DNA of 64,000 nt from Minisyncoccota bacterium (GCA_017991395.1 JAGOQQ010000002.1:61925-125924), one strand, 5' to 3'. Positions 35,093 through 46,087 are shown, counted from the first letter of the stretch. Program-made: numbers and translations. The notes: generated by a model from the letters alone, not told the origin.

Positions 35093-36976
35093 TTAAGGTG
35101 TTTGTGTGCCCACTAAGCATACTTTTTGCCATGGTCTATAGACACTGTGAAAGTTTTTATCTTTCTTTGTTCCGTCTTTGTACAAGATAGAATACAACAC
35201 ATCGGTGGTGATGCCATCATGAGGACTCTCTATGCATTTGGTTTGTCCAATTTTCAAATCTGGTGTTGGTATGTATTTTGCTGGAGGTGCAGGAATTTTG
35301 TTGTATATTTTTGGTTCTGAAATTGTGACCGTGCGACCATCGCTATGACCATAGAGTTCCATTATTACTTCAGTACCTTCTACTCGTGCTTGAAGTAAGA
35401 GATAGCCCTCTGTGTCATTTGTAAATCGAAAATCAGGATGTGGACCATATATTGTGGCATCAAGTCCTGGCGGATCATAATAGTGAACGACAAATTTGTG
35501 ATTCATTCTCTCTGTTATGGGAAGTCCCGCATCAAGCGCAACACGAAAAAGAGTTGTGGCGATTTGGCACAATCCACCACCAAATTCCTTTGCGGTGGTG
35601 TTTTCTTTGATCACTGTTTCTTTTACGTAGCCTTCTTTTTCAGTCACCGCACCAATCGATTTGACTGTTGAAAATTCTCCACCAGGTGGAATAAGCATTC
35701 CATTTATTGCTCCTGCTCCTATTGTTATGTTGTGTGCACGATCAGCACTACTACCTTTGAAGCTTGTGCGCACTTCGCCAACAAGGTCATTGATATAATA
35801 TTTTTCTACTGTTTCTTTCGTGACACGTGGCTCAATTTCGATTGTTTCCACAGGAATAGAAAACGTACTACTTTTTGCATCATATGTCGCGGTGGTATCT
35901 TTTGTGTAGGTTTGTGAGTCTGGTGATTCTGGATTTACCAAATAACTTATTTGAATTTCATTAAATATTTTTTCTAAATCATTTCGTACTTTTTCAGCAT
36001 TTACTGCCTGACCACTTTTCCCCTTGGATATCTCTACAAGTTCACCTTCGATCATTTGGAACCTACTGTTTTTTCTTGGGTTGTTTATGTATTTAGCGAC
36101 TGTACCATTCATGTATCTATCGAATATACTCGGATCAATGCTTATGAGACGCTGTTCGTTTAATGTCAGCCACTCTACAAATTTTGGACTCGTCACTTTC
36201 CATTTTTGACCTTTGTAGGTGAATACCACATTCATTTTTTTAGCAATATGTTCTGCGAGTCCTCGAAATTGCTCAAGGTCTGATTTGACCACAGAAGGAA
36301 TGTCATCATACACAGAATGCTCACTGGGTGAAATGTCGAGAGTGGCTATTTTTGTTTCAAGAGATTTTAGTACCTCATCCATATGGACACTCTTTCCATT
36401 TTTTTCTTGTGTGATCGAAAGTGTATTATTTGAAAACGTGAATTGAGCAGGAATTTTTTCCTCAACAAATGGCAACATTTCATGATTGATGAGTGATGTG
36501 ATTGCGTCGTGTTGGATGCTGTTTGCGAAAGTGAAATATTTTTTTCTAAAAAGGAGTGATATTTTGTGCGCACTATTTTTAATCAAAGAAGGTGATCGTC
36601 CGTACATGAATGCTTCGTTGACGGTGCGTTGCCAGTCTGCAATCGTGAGATATTCGACGGATGTATCAGAAGTGAGTCCTGTATAAGAAACAGGAATTGT
36701 GATCTTGCGCTCTTCCTCGCCCATGTCGAAATATACAGAAAGCCCATCTGCTTCAAGAGAGGCAATTCGTTCGCTAAAAATAGTTGCGACTTCAGCCTCT
36801 GTGAGTCCGCCTGCGTATACATTACCGACATAAATGCCCGGGTAGAAGCGATCTTTGTACTTTATTTGGAGAACTATAAGTGAAATGATTCCGGCAAGTA
36901 GGCACACCGCAAGAAAAACACCTACTTTGAAATAAGATTTTTTTCTAAAGTATTCCAATGTGGAATGCTTTATCAT
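35093..36976 (-). CDS. VanW-family protein (N-terminal TM anchor)
   Basis: GGGLCQIATTLFRVALDAGLPITERMNHKFVVHYYDPPGLDATIY matches the VanW core. Confidence 0.7.
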   Translation of the reverse strand: MIKHSTLEYFRKKSYFKVGVFLAVCLLAGIISLIVLQIKYKDRFYPGIYVGNVYAGGLTEAEVATIFSERIASLEADGLSVYFDMGEEERKITIPVSYTGLTSDTSVEYLTIADWQRTVNEAFMYGRSPSLIKNSAHKISLLFRKKYFTFANSIQHDAITSLINHEMLPFVEEKIPAQFTFSNNTLSITQEKNGKSVHMDEVLKSLETKIATLDISPSEHSVYDDIPSVVKSDLEQFRGLAEHIAKKMNVVFTYKGQKWKVTSPKFVEWLTLNEQRLISIDPSIFDRYMNGTVAKYINNPRKNSRFQMIEGELVEISKGKSGQAVNAEKVRNDLEKIFNEIQISYLVNPESPDSQTYTKDTTATYDAKSSTFSIPVETIEIEPRVTKETVEKYYINDLVGEVRTSFKGSSADRAHNITIGAGAINGMLIPPGGEFSTVKSIGAVTEKEGYVKETVIKENTTAKEFGGGLCQIATTLFRVALDAGLPITERMNHKFVVHYYDPPGLDATIYGPHPDFRFTNDTEGYLLLQARVEGTEVIMELYGHSDGRTVTISEPKIYNKIPAPPAKYIPTPDLKIGQTKCIESPHDGITTDVLYSILYKDGTKKDKNFHSVYRPWQKVCLVGTQTP

Positions 36977-37042
36977 CTATTAAGTATATGCCTATATTAG
37001 CAAGACTGCTAATTGGCAACTATACGCAAGAGGGAATACGAC

Positions 37043-37291
37043 CTATTTTTTACTCCACCGTGGTGCAAAACGTACAAGCCATGTGAAGAATGTTGCTTTG
37101 ATTGGATTGATGCCAATACCACGCATTCCTTTGTAGACGAATTTTTTGAAACCCTTCAAATCGCCTTCGTAGGTGAATTTTCCATCTTTGAAGCAATAGC
37201 TACAATATCTACTGTCTTCTTGTACACCAGGATCTTTTGAAAATGGCATGAGACAGCTTTGGCACTGGTCTTTGCATTGTGATTCTTTCAT
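37043..37291 (-). CDS. small zinc-ribbon domain protein
   Basis: CKDQCQSC...RYCSYCFKDGKFTYEG: two CxxC pairs. Confidence 0.4.
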   Translation of the reverse strand: MKESQCKDQCQSCLMPFSKDPGVQEDSRYCSYCFKDGKFTYEGDLKGFKKFVYKGMRGIGINPIKATFFTWLVRFAPRWSKK

Positions 37292-37315
37292 ACATATATA
37301 GTATCAAATTCCTTT

Positions 37316-37960
37316 TTAGTGTGCAACTGCAATGAGGATGACTTTTTTTGCACCAGATTTTTTCAATATACTCAGTGCTTCTTTCATTGTGGCGCCCGTG
37401 GTGACTATGTCATCAATCAGGAGTATTGTTGCACCCTTGAGAAGTTCTTTGTTTTTCACACCAAATACTCCTTTGATGTTTTCGAGTCGTTCACGTTTGA
37501 GGTGAATGGAAGATTGGGGTTTTGTGTGGCCGTGTCTAAAGAGGATATTTGTGGAAAGCGAGAGTGTAGAGTCGCGCGAAGCGAAGCTTCGCGCGACGAG
37601 TTCGGATTGATTGAACCCGCGTTCGTTTAATCGCTTTTTGGAAAGCGGAATCGGCACGACCGATACTTTTTTGTGCAGTGAAAATGCTTTTTCATCAGAT
37701 ATGTCTTCGATTATTCGTTCATAGAGAAGTTCGCCAAGTATTTTTGCCAACATTTTTCTTTTTCGAAATTTCAACGCCTTGAGCACACGCTTCACAATCG
37801 GATCTTGATATGAAAATCCGATATGTATCTGCGGAGTTGTGCGTGGAAATGAATTTCGGATATGCTCGATACATTTTTCGCACAGTTCAAAACCTTGTAC
37901 GCGACATCCGGCACAGTGTGGAGGAAAAAGATATTCAATAAATGTGTCTATCCACTTCAT
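37316..37960 (-). CDS. comF: ComF-family protein (phosphoribosyltransferase domain, competence-associated)
   Basis: N-terminal Cys-rich motif (CAGCRVQGFELCEKC) and PRTase motif ILLIDDIVTTGATM. Confidence 0.7.
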   Translation of the reverse strand: MKWIDTFIEYLFPPHCAGCRVQGFELCEKCIEHIRNSFPRTTPQIHIGFSYQDPIVKRVLKALKFRKRKMLAKILGELLYERIIEDISDEKAFSLHKKVSVVPIPLSKKRLNERGFNQSELVARSFASRDSTLSLSTNILFRHGHTKPQSSIHLKRERLENIKGVFGVKNKELLKGATILLIDDIVTTGATMKEALSILKKSGAKKVILIAVAH

Positions 37961-38006
37961 ACGTTATTTATTGTATCGTACTTCATGATATACTTTTGGT
38001 ATATTC

Positions 38007-39134
38007 ATGGACAATCCTTTTAAGAAAATCTTAAGTGAAGGACTTTCTTTTTTTAACTCTCAGAAAACCGAGAGTGTTATTGGTATTGATATTGGGTCAT
38101 CTGCAATCAAGGTTGTGCAAATCAAAAAAAAGAACGGCAAAGCAGTACTTGAAACATATGGAGCCCTTGCACTTGGTCCATATGGCAAGCTTGATGTTGG
38201 ACAAGTCACAAATTTTACTTCAGATGTCGTCGGACAAGCCCTCGTAGATGTACTCAAAGAAACAAACGTCACCACAAAGGACGGTGCAGTCGCAATTCCA
38301 TCTGCATCAAGTCTTATTTTCACAATCGAACTTCCAAGTATGGTAAGTGACGCAGATATTCCAGCGGTAGTTCCCACAGAAGCACGAAAATTTATTCCAG
38401 TTCCAATTACCGAAGTATCACTTGATTGGTTTGAAGTGCCAAAACGCGAAATGGTATACGAAGATCCAAGTGTGACTGAAGGAAGTGTGAAGGATGAACG
38501 AAGAGAAGTGTTGGTTGCCGCAATCCACAATGACACAATTGAGAAGTATCGTGATATTATAAAGAGAGCAGATGTGAATGCCGGTTTCTTTGAAATAGAA
38601 GTGTTCTCAAGTATCAGATCTACACTTGGTCGCGAAGTTGGAGCGACAATGATTATGGATCTCGGTGCGTCAAAAACAAAATTGATAATTGTAGATTATG
38701 GTGTGGTGCGAAATTTTCACATCGTCAATCGTGGCGCGCAAGATATTACGAGTTCACTTTCAAAATCATTAAACATTTCTTTTACACAAGCCGAAGATTT
38801 GAAACGTGAATACGGACTCGGTGGAGGAGCACCAGATCCAAATGTCACAGAAGTTGTACGACTTGGACTCGATTATGTGTTCAACGAAACCCAAAGTGTA
38901 TTGCTAAATTACGAAAAGAAGTATAATAGAAATGTAGGTAAAATAATTCTTATAGGTGGAGGTGCACTCACACGAGGAATTGAACAGCACGCACGTGAAA
39001 GTTTTAGAAGCGAAGTCGTACTCGGTCATCCTTTCGGGAGAACAGAAGCACCCGCATTTCTCGAGCAGATACTTCAAGCAACAGGTCCAGAGTTTGCTGT
39101 TGCGGTAGGTCTTGCATTGAGAAAATTACAATAG
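38007..39134 (+). CDS. pilM: type IV pilus assembly protein PilM (actin-like ATPase fold)
   Basis: GIDIGSSAIKVVQIKK... and overall PilM length and pattern. First gene of the pilMNO block. Confidence 0.85.
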   Translation: MDNPFKKILSEGLSFFNSQKTESVIGIDIGSSAIKVVQIKKKNGKAVLETYGALALGPYGKLDVGQVTNFTSDVVGQALVDVLKETNVTTKDGAVAIPSASSLIFTIELPSMVSDADIPAVVPTEARKFIPVPITEVSLDWFEVPKREMVYEDPSVTEGSVKDERREVLVAAIHNDTIEKYRDIIKRADVNAGFFEIEVFSSIRSTLGREVGATMIMDLGASKTKLIIVDYGVVRNFHIVNRGAQDITSSLSKSLNISFTQAEDLKREYGLGGGAPDPNVTEVVRLGLDYVFNETQSVLLNYEKKYNRNVGKIILIGGGALTRGIEQHARESFRSEVVLGHPFGRTEAPAFLEQILQATGPEFAVAVGLALRKLQ

Positions 39135-39155
39135 TTCATTCAATATAGTTCATTC

Positions 39156-39818
39156 ATGGAATCAGAATTTAAAACATCATTTATCCCAAAAAAGCCAATT
39201 GTCGAGGAAAAGTTTGAGCGTCCTCGCTCTGTTGGTTTGATTTCGTTTATTGGTACAGTTATTTTTGTTGCGTCACTTGTTTCTGCTGGCGCAGTATATT
39301 TCTATAAAGTATCACTCGATACTCAGATAAAATCAAAAGGCAATCAGCTCAAGATCGCGGAAGAGCGTTTTGACTCAAATCTTGTAGAAGAAATGCAAAA
39401 GCTCGATCGACGTATCAACAGTGCACGTGATGTTCTCTCAAGTCACGTGGTTATTTCTCCTATTTTCAAAGCTCTCGAAGAGTACACACTTCGCTCAATC
39501 AGCTTCACCAAATTTACCTATGCATTTGATCCCATTTCACAACGCGTCAACGTGGAAATGTCGGGAAAGGCGACAGGGTACGATGCAATCGCGCTTCAGT
39601 CTGACGCGCTCGCGACAAATCGATACATCAAAGATCCAGTATTTTCAAATTTGAATCTCGACGACAAAGGCAAAATCACTTTTGACCTCACTTTTTATGT
39701 TGACCCAACATTCATCAACTTTGAAGATACATTGGCACGAGAGGGAACAGCGAGCATGAACACAATGGAAACAGGAAGTGAAATGCCTATTACTAGTGAT
39801 AATGGTGCAACACAATAG
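39156..39818 (+). CDS. pilN: PilN-like inner-membrane pilus assembly protein
   Basis: Short cytoplasmic N-terminus, single TM, periplasmic coiled-coil. Positioned after pilM. Confidence 0.55.
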   Translation: MESEFKTSFIPKKPIVEEKFERPRSVGLISFIGTVIFVASLVSAGAVYFYKVSLDTQIKSKGNQLKIAEERFDSNLVEEMQKLDRRINSARDVLSSHVVISPIFKALEEYTLRSISFTKFTYAFDPISQRVNVEMSGKATGYDAIALQSDALATNRYIKDPVFSNLNLDDKGKITFDLTFYVDPTFINFEDTLAREGTASMNTMETGSEMPITSDNGATQ

Positions 39819-39820
39819 TT

Positions 39821-40417
39821 ATGTTTAGATACATCGTCCCAATAATAATGATATCGATTTCACTAGGTATCTTTTTCGCATACACAGATCCTGTCTACAA
39901 AGATGTCAAAGATCTACGAACACAAGTCGCGTCATACGATGAAGCACTTGATAACTCAAAAAAGCTTGAGGAGGCAAAAAATATTCTCAATCAACAATAC
40001 AACACATTTACAGAAGATGAGCTCGAGCGCCTCCGAAAACTTATTCCAGACAATGTCGACAACATCCGATTGATTCTCGAAATCGAGAGTGTCGCTGTGC
40101 GATACGGTATGACTGTCCAAAATGTTGAATTTGATGTCGCAAAACGTGATGCAACAGGAAAAGAAATCGAAGAAACATCAAAAGACTTGAAGGAGACACA
40201 AAAAGAATACGGCGTGTTTGACCTTTCATTTTCAACCGAAGGTACATATCCAAATTTTGTCGCATTCCTTGCTGATGTTGAAAAAAGTCTTCGTATTGTC
40301 GACATAAATCAAATTGACTTCACTTCACCTGAAAATAATCCAGTTCAAGGATTTGGAAAACCGAAAGATATATACAAGTATGATATTTCATTACGAACCT
40401 ATTGGCTCAAAAACTAA
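39821..40417 (+). CDS. pilO: PilO-like pilus assembly protein
   Basis: N-terminal TM plus coiled-coil, in operon position. Confidence 0.5.
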   Translation: MFRYIVPIIMISISLGIFFAYTDPVYKDVKDLRTQVASYDEALDNSKKLEEAKNILNQQYNTFTEDELERLRKLIPDNVDNIRLILEIESVAVRYGMTVQNVEFDVAKRDATGKEIEETSKDLKETQKEYGVFDLSFSTEGTYPNFVAFLADVEKSLRIVDINQIDFTSPENNPVQGFGKPKDIYKYDISLRTYWLKN

Positions 40418-41145
40418 TTATGTCTAAAATACGAAACATCATCATATTTGTGCTCATTCTCGGAGGTGTAATTTACGCATTCAATTCTTTCTCAAAAAAA
40501 GATACTGCATCAACTGATCAATTGCTCAGCGTAGAAGGTGGCGACGAAGGTGTACTCGCAGGTGAAAGTATTCCTGGCGGAGCGGAAAATGTAGGACAAG
40601 GATTCCTCGACACACTACTTAGTCTTCGAACAATCAAGCTCGACAGATCAGTCCTCGATCGAGATTCTTTCAAAGCTCTTCGTGATTTTACAAAAGAATT
40701 GATTCCACAAAACAACCAAGGACGACCAAATCCATTTGCGCCGATTGGTACAGACGTGGAAATTGCGCCAAGTGCAGCTCCGACACCTGAGACAGGTGCA
40801 TCACTTCAAGCACAAGCAATCGCTTCGACAAGCGGGAATTCTGGTGCGACATCTTCATCTGTGGTGATTGAAACAGCAGATGCAAGTGCAGTCGCTCGAA
40901 CTACAGCGACATTAAACGGCAAGATTTTTTCACCTTCATCTACCACAGTTCGTTCTTTTGAATGGGGTACAAATCCAGACGCACTCGCAAATACAACTCC
41001 ACAAGTAAAACAAGCTACACAAGGTGCATTTACAACCGCAATTAGCGGACTTGCACCAAACACTACGTACTATTTCAAGGCAGTGGCACTCACTGGTGCA
41101 CTTGTAGCCGAGGGTGATATCTACATGTTTACGACACTTCCTTAA
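40402..41145 (+). CDS. membrane-anchored pilus-locus protein with a C-terminal Ig/FN3-like beta domain (PilP-like?)
   Basis: N-terminal TM. C-terminal TATLNGKIFSPSSTTVRSFEWGT...YYFKAVALT beta-sandwich-like. Confidence 0.35.
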   Translation: MAQKLIMSKIRNIIIFVLILGGVIYAFNSFSKKDTASTDQLLSVEGGDEGVLAGESIPGGAENVGQGFLDTLLSLRTIKLDRSVLDRDSFKALRDFTKELIPQNNQGRPNPFAPIGTDVEIAPSAAPTPETGASLQAQAIASTSGNSGATSSSVVIETADASAVARTTATLNGKIFSPSSTTVRSFEWGTNPDALANTTPQVKQATQGAFTTAISGLAPNTTYYFKAVALTGALVAEGDIYMFTTLP

Positions 41146-41162
41146 TATAGAATTTTTACATC

Positions 41163-42890
41163 ATGACTTTTCTTGAAGATTTAGCAAAGAAAGGCGTAAT
41201 TGATCAAAGCCAAGTATCACTTGTGCTTGATCGCTCACGCGAAATGCACGGGGGCAATATTGCGCTTGCGCTTATTGAGCTTGGCATGAACGAAGATGAT
41301 CTCACTCGAATGCGTGGTGAGTTTTTCAATATTCCTACCAAGAAAATCAGTATCAAATCATTCAATTTTGATGTACTCAAATATATTCCACAAGATTCAT
41401 CAGAGCACTACAATTTTGTTCCGATTGGAATGACAGACGGCGTGCTCGAAATCGGTGTTATTGAACCAGACAATATTGAAGCCATGAATGCGCTTCAGTT
41501 TATCGCATCAAAACTCAATACTCCTTTCAAACTTTTTCTTATCTCACACTCAGATTTCAAAGAGATAATGAGCAACTACAAAGGACTTTCAGGCGAAGTT
41601 GACCAAGCGCTCTCTGAGTTTGATACAAGTATTTCACAAGAAGACGCAGAAAACGTGCTTCGTTCTGCCACAAAAAGTCAGACATCAGGAAATGATGAAA
41701 ACAAAATTACCGAAGATGCACCTATCATCAAAATCGTGGCGGTGATTTTGAATCATGCGACCGAAGGAAATGCATCCGATATTCATATTGAAAACACCGG
41801 CGAAAGAGTCAAAGTGAGATTTCGAGTTGATGGAATACTTCATACATCACTTGTGCTTCCTCCAAACGTATACTCTGGAATCGTTGCGCGTATCAAAATT
41901 CTCTCAAAGCTCAAACTCGACGAAAAGCGTAAGCCGCAAGACGGAGGATTTTCAGCAAAAATTGCCGGACGAAAAGTGGATTTTCGTGTCTCAACATTTC
42001 CTGCGTACTATGGTGAAAAAGTGGTGATGCGTATTTTGGATTCCGAAAAAGGAGTGAAGCCACTCGCCGAGCTTGGACTTTCACCAGAAAACGAAAAGCT
42101 TGTTCGAGACGCACTCGCGCGTCCATATGGACTTATTTTGATTACTGGTCCGACTGGTTCCGGAAAAACGACCACACTGTATTCGATGCTAAAAGAGCTC
42201 GATCGCGAACAAGCAAACGTGGTGTCACTTGAAGATCCAGTTGAATACCACATTCCCGACATTGCTCAATCACAAGTTATGCCAGAAATTGGCTATACAT
42301 TTGCGTCCGGAATCCGTTCTATTTTGAGACAAGACCCAGACATCATTATGGTGGGAGAAATCCGCGATCTTGAAACAGCAAAACTTGCGATTCAAGCAGC
42401 GCTCACTGGACACTTGGTGCTTTCAACACTTCACACCAACAGTGCGATTGGTGTTGTACCAAGACTTGTCGATATGGGAGTAGATCCATATCTCATCGCG
42501 CCCACGCTCACACTCGCCATTGCTCAGCGACTCACTCGCACAATGTGTCCATCTGCTCGCAAAAAAATCCCGCTTGATGAAGCCACAAAGATAATGCTCG
42601 AAAAGCAATTTGCTGATTTGCCAAAAGAACACAGAGACAAAATTAAAATGGATGAAAATATGTACGAAATGGAACCGAGTTCAGAATGTCCATCTGGTAC
42701 ACGAGGACGAACTGCGGTGTTTGAGATGTTTTCAGTGGACAAGGAAATGCAAAACGTCATATTAAAAAATCCTGTCGAACAAGAAATATTCAAAGTAGCA
42801 CGAGAAAAAGGCATGCTTACCATGAAAGAAGACGGGTTCCTAAAGAGTCTCAAAGGAGAGATTCCAATCCAAGACGCATACGCACTCTAA
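41163..42890 (+). CDS. pilB: type IV pilus assembly ATPase PilB (GspE family)
   Basis: Walker A GPTGSGKTTT, Asp box, His box (LVLSTLHTN) and a tetracysteine-like segment. Confidence 0.9.
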   Translation: MTFLEDLAKKGVIDQSQVSLVLDRSREMHGGNIALALIELGMNEDDLTRMRGEFFNIPTKKISIKSFNFDVLKYIPQDSSEHYNFVPIGMTDGVLEIGVIEPDNIEAMNALQFIASKLNTPFKLFLISHSDFKEIMSNYKGLSGEVDQALSEFDTSISQEDAENVLRSATKSQTSGNDENKITEDAPIIKIVAVILNHATEGNASDIHIENTGERVKVRFRVDGILHTSLVLPPNVYSGIVARIKILSKLKLDEKRKPQDGGFSAKIAGRKVDFRVSTFPAYYGEKVVMRILDSEKGVKPLAELGLSPENEKLVRDALARPYGLILITGPTGSGKTTTLYSMLKELDREQANVVSLEDPVEYHIPDIAQSQVMPEIGYTFASGIRSILRQDPDIIMVGEIRDLETAKLAIQAALTGHLVLSTLHTNSAIGVVPRLVDMGVDPYLIAPTLTLAIAQRLTRTMCPSARKKIPLDEATKIMLEKQFADLPKEHRDKIKMDENMYEMEPSSECPSGTRGRTAVFEMFSVDKEMQNVILKNPVEQEIFKVAREKGMLTMKEDGFLKSLKGEIPIQDAYAL

Positions 42891-42936
42891 ACGTGTGGAT
42901 TGTTGATTGTGAACCAAATGCTATACTAAATATATT

Positions 42937-43329
42937 ATGGATGAACAGAAAAAACTCAAAATTCTTATAATTGATGATGACAATTTTTTGCTTGATATGT
43001 ATGCGCTCAAGTTTGGGCAAGCTGGTTTTGAAGTAGTCACCGCGCTCGGATCACAGATTGCATATGATCAACTCAAAAATGGTCTTGTAGTGGATGTGAT
43101 TTTGACCGACATCGTGATGCCGATTATGAGTGGATTTGAATTGTTACAAAAAATGAAAGACGAAAATCTTTCTTCAAACTCAATCAAAATCTTGCTTTCA
43201 AATCGTGGACAACAATCTGATATAAATCAAGGAAAAGATATTGGTGTCGCAGGATATATCATCAAAGCAAACAACACACCATCTGAAGTTATTGAAAAGG
43301 TAAACGACATCATTAAAAAATCTAACTAA
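42937..43329 (+). CDS. response regulator receiver domain protein (PilH/PilG-like) embedded between pilB and pilT
   Basis: LIIDDD...D (DVILTDIVMP)...K (ILLSN...GVAGYIIK). Confidence 0.75.
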   Translation: MDEQKKLKILIIDDDNFLLDMYALKFGQAGFEVVTALGSQIAYDQLKNGLVVDVILTDIVMPIMSGFELLQKMKDENLSSNSIKILLSNRGQQSDINQGKDIGVAGYIIKANNTPSEVIEKVNDIIKKSN

Positions 43330-43341
43330 CATATAGTACAC

Positions 43342-44403
43342 ATGGATTACAAAACAGAACTCGAGGAGCTTATTCTTACCGTCCTTCGCGAAGGAGGTTC
43401 AGACCTGCATATTTCAGCCGGTCGGTATCCTGCAATCCGTGTGACAGGCCAGCTTATATTTTTGGTCAAACGAGCAATCTTCACAAATGAAGATGTGCTT
43501 GGTATTCTCGGACAGCTTCTTGGCGACAAAGAAAAAATTGAACTCTTTCTAGAAAATCAGGAAGTAGACTTTTCGTTCAATTTCCGCGGAGAATCTAGAC
43601 TTCGAGGAAACGCATTTTTCCAAAAAGGAATGATTGGTATTGCAATGCGTTTGATTCCTCAAGTCAAAACTATTGCTGACCTCAACCTTCCGCCAATCAT
43701 CGAAACGTATGCCCGCAAAAAGCAAGGGTTCTTTCTTGTGGTGGGTCCAGTGGGTCAAGGAAAATCTACCACAATGGCGGCTATGATAAACCTCATCAAT
43801 ACTGAGCGTGCAGAACACATTGTCACCATCGAAGATCCGATTGAATTTATTTTTGAACCAAAACGTTCGATGATTGATCAACGTGAAGTGGGTATTGATA
43901 CAAAAGATTTTACCGTGGCACTCAAGTCTGCATTTCGTCAAGACGTGAATGTAATCATGATCGGAGAAATGCGTTCACCTGATACTATCGCTACCGCCGT
44001 GACTGCCGCTGAGACAGGACACTTGGTGCTTTCAACGCTTCACACCAACAACGCATCTCAAACTATCGACCGTATTATCGACTCGTTCCCACCAGGACAA
44101 CAAGATCAGATTCGAATTCAGCTTTCAAACTCTCTTCTCGGTATTTTCTCACAGCGTCTTATTCCTCGTATCACAGGAGGCCTCGTGCCCGCGTTTGAAT
44201 TTCTCGTCAACAACAATGCAGTATCAAACCTTATTCGAGAAAAGCGTACACACGAGATTGATGTGGTGATTGAAACAGGATACGAAAACGGAATGATAGA
44301 CATGAACCGTTCATTGCTTGAGCTAGTTCAAAAAGGAGAAATCAGTATCGAAAATGCATACCTGCACTCACTTAATCCAAAAGGACTTGAGCGGTTAATA
44401 TAG
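43342..44403 (+). CDS. pilT: twitching-motility (retraction) ATPase PilT
   Basis: GPVGQGKSTT Walker A, EDPIEF, VIMIGEMR, LVLSTLHTNNASQTIDRI. Confidence 0.9.
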   Translation: MDYKTELEELILTVLREGGSDLHISAGRYPAIRVTGQLIFLVKRAIFTNEDVLGILGQLLGDKEKIELFLENQEVDFSFNFRGESRLRGNAFFQKGMIGIAMRLIPQVKTIADLNLPPIIETYARKKQGFFLVVGPVGQGKSTTMAAMINLINTERAEHIVTIEDPIEFIFEPKRSMIDQREVGIDTKDFTVALKSAFRQDVNVIMIGEMRSPDTIATAVTAAETGHLVLSTLHTNNASQTIDRIIDSFPPGQQDQIRIQLSNSLLGIFSQRLIPRITGGLVPAFEFLVNNNAVSNLIREKRTHEIDVVIETGYENGMIDMNRSLLELVQKGEISIENAYLHSLNPKGLERLI

Positions 44404-44438
44404 CTACTTACTACTAATTACTATCTACTAACTAACAT

Positions 44439-45644
44439 ATGCAATTCAACTACAAAGCCATTACGGCAACGGGTGAAAAAAAAGAAGGTGTGGTGGAGGC
44501 GGTCAACAAAGACCTCGCTATTTCTGCGCTCCAGCGTCGCGGACTTGTGGTTGCAGCTATCAAGTCTACAGAAGAAGCAAAAAGTTTTCTTGAAATAAGT
44601 CTTTTTGAATCTGTTCCAATGAAAGATGTGGTGATGCTTTCTCGTCAGATTTCAACATTGTTTGAAGCCCAAGTTTCTGCCCTCAAAGCGTTTTCTTTGC
44701 TCGGTGGAAATTCTGAGAACAAACTTCTCCAAAGAACACTCAACCAAATAGTAGACGACATCCAAGCAGGATTTTCAATTTCCGGTGCACTTGCAAAACA
44801 TCCAAAAGTTTTTTCTGAATTTTATGTAAACATGGTTAAAGCCGGAGAAGAATCAGGAAAGCTCGTGCAAACATTTACCTATTTGGCGGATTATCTTGAT
44901 CGACAATACGAACTTACTTCAAAGACTCGTAATGCACTCATCTATCCAGCCTTCGTGATTTTGGTTTTTATCACAGTGATGATACTTATGTTTGTGGTGG
45001 TAATTCCAAAACTCTCACAAATTATTGTTGAATCTGGACAGGAAATTCCTGTGTATACAAAAGTAGTAATCGGTATTTCAAATTTCTTTGTAAATTATGG
45101 ACTGTTTCTATTGATTGGTGTTGTGGCATTTGGAGTATATGTGTGGTGGTTTGCCCAATCAGATCGCGGAAGAAAATACCTTGACCAAGTGAAGCTTTCA
45201 ATTCCATTCGCAGGAAATCTTTTCACAAAGCTTTATCTTTCTCGAATCTCAGACAACATGGAAACAATGCTCACCTCAGGTATTCCAATTGTGCGCTCAA
45301 TCGAAATCACTGCTCAAGTCGTGGGCAATCGAGTGTATCGAGATATTATGCTCATGTCAGCTGAAAAAGTGAAATCTGGTTCGTCACTCGCCGATTCTGT
45401 CGATAGACATGTTGAAATTCCATCTATTATGGTGCAAATGATAAAAGTGGGAGAAGAAACTGGATCTGTGGGAATGGTACTCAAAACTCTTGGAAAATTT
45501 TACAAACGAGAAGTTGATGACGCAGTAGATACACTCGTCGGACTCATCGAACCATTTATGATCGTGATGCTTGGAGTGGGAGTGGGAATTCTCCTTACGT
45601 CTGTGTTGGTGCCGATTTACAATATTGCTTCTGGAATTTCTTAA
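44439..45644 (+). CDS. pilC: type IV pilus platform protein PilC (GspF family)
   Basis: About 400 aa with two GspF-like repeats and three TM segments. Confidence 0.85.
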   Translation: MQFNYKAITATGEKKEGVVEAVNKDLAISALQRRGLVVAAIKSTEEAKSFLEISLFESVPMKDVVMLSRQISTLFEAQVSALKAFSLLGGNSENKLLQRTLNQIVDDIQAGFSISGALAKHPKVFSEFYVNMVKAGEESGKLVQTFTYLADYLDRQYELTSKTRNALIYPAFVILVFITVMILMFVVVIPKLSQIIVESGQEIPVYTKVVIGISNFFVNYGLFLLIGVVAFGVYVWWFAQSDRGRKYLDQVKLSIPFAGNLFTKLYLSRISDNMETMLTSGIPIVRSIEITAQVVGNRVYRDIMLMSAEKVKSGSSLADSVDRHVEIPSIMVQMIKVGEETGSVGMVLKTLGKFYKREVDDAVDTLVGLIEPFMIVMLGVGVGILLTSVLVPIYNIASGIS

Positions 45645-45674
45645 AAAGCGAAGCTTTTTAAGAAATTCCAGATA

Positions 45675-45712
45675 GAACGTGATACCTAAAACGTAGAACG
45701 TTCAATTCATAT
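45675..45712. repeat. CGTAGAACG-type repeat cluster (left flank of the four-helix-bundle cassette)
   Basis: agaacgtgatacctaaaacgtagaacgttc. Inverted counterpart at 46088..46180. Confidence 0.65.
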
Positions 45713-45713
45713 A

Positions 45714-46067
45714 ATGCAAAACAGTTTTCAAGAAGAACTTAAAAATCTTGCAGATGAATATGCACACAGTGTGTATTCTGTTACAAAAAAATTTCCGAAA
45801 GATGAACAGTTCGGGATAACTTCACAATTGCGTCGCTCCTCACTGTCCGTACCTTTAAATATTGTTGAAGGCTATGCACGAAATAGTAAAAATACATTTC
45901 GTAATTTTTTGGAAATTGCATTTGGATCTTTAAAGGAATCATTATATTTGATTGATTTTTCACAAAAAGAAAATTATATATCAGAGGAAAAATCATTAGA
46001 ATTGAAAAAAATAGGTGATAGAATATCTGGAATGCTTTGGGGAACAATACAAAAATTGAAAGAATAA
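45714..46067 (+). CDS. 'four helix bundle' protein (TIGR02436-like, 23S-rRNA-intervening-sequence-type protein)
   Basis: SVYSVTKKFPKDEQFGITSQLRRSSLSVPLNIVEGYARNSKNTFRNFLEIAFGSLKESLYLIDFS matches the conserved four-helix-bundle (IVS) protein pattern. Confidence 0.75.
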   Translation: MQNSFQEELKNLADEYAHSVYSVTKKFPKDEQFGITSQLRRSSLSVPLNIVEGYARNSKNTFRNFLEIAFGSLKESLYLIDFSQKENYISEEKSLELKKIGDRISGMLWGTIQKLKE

Positions 46068-46087
46068 AGCATTCCCAATTAGGATTT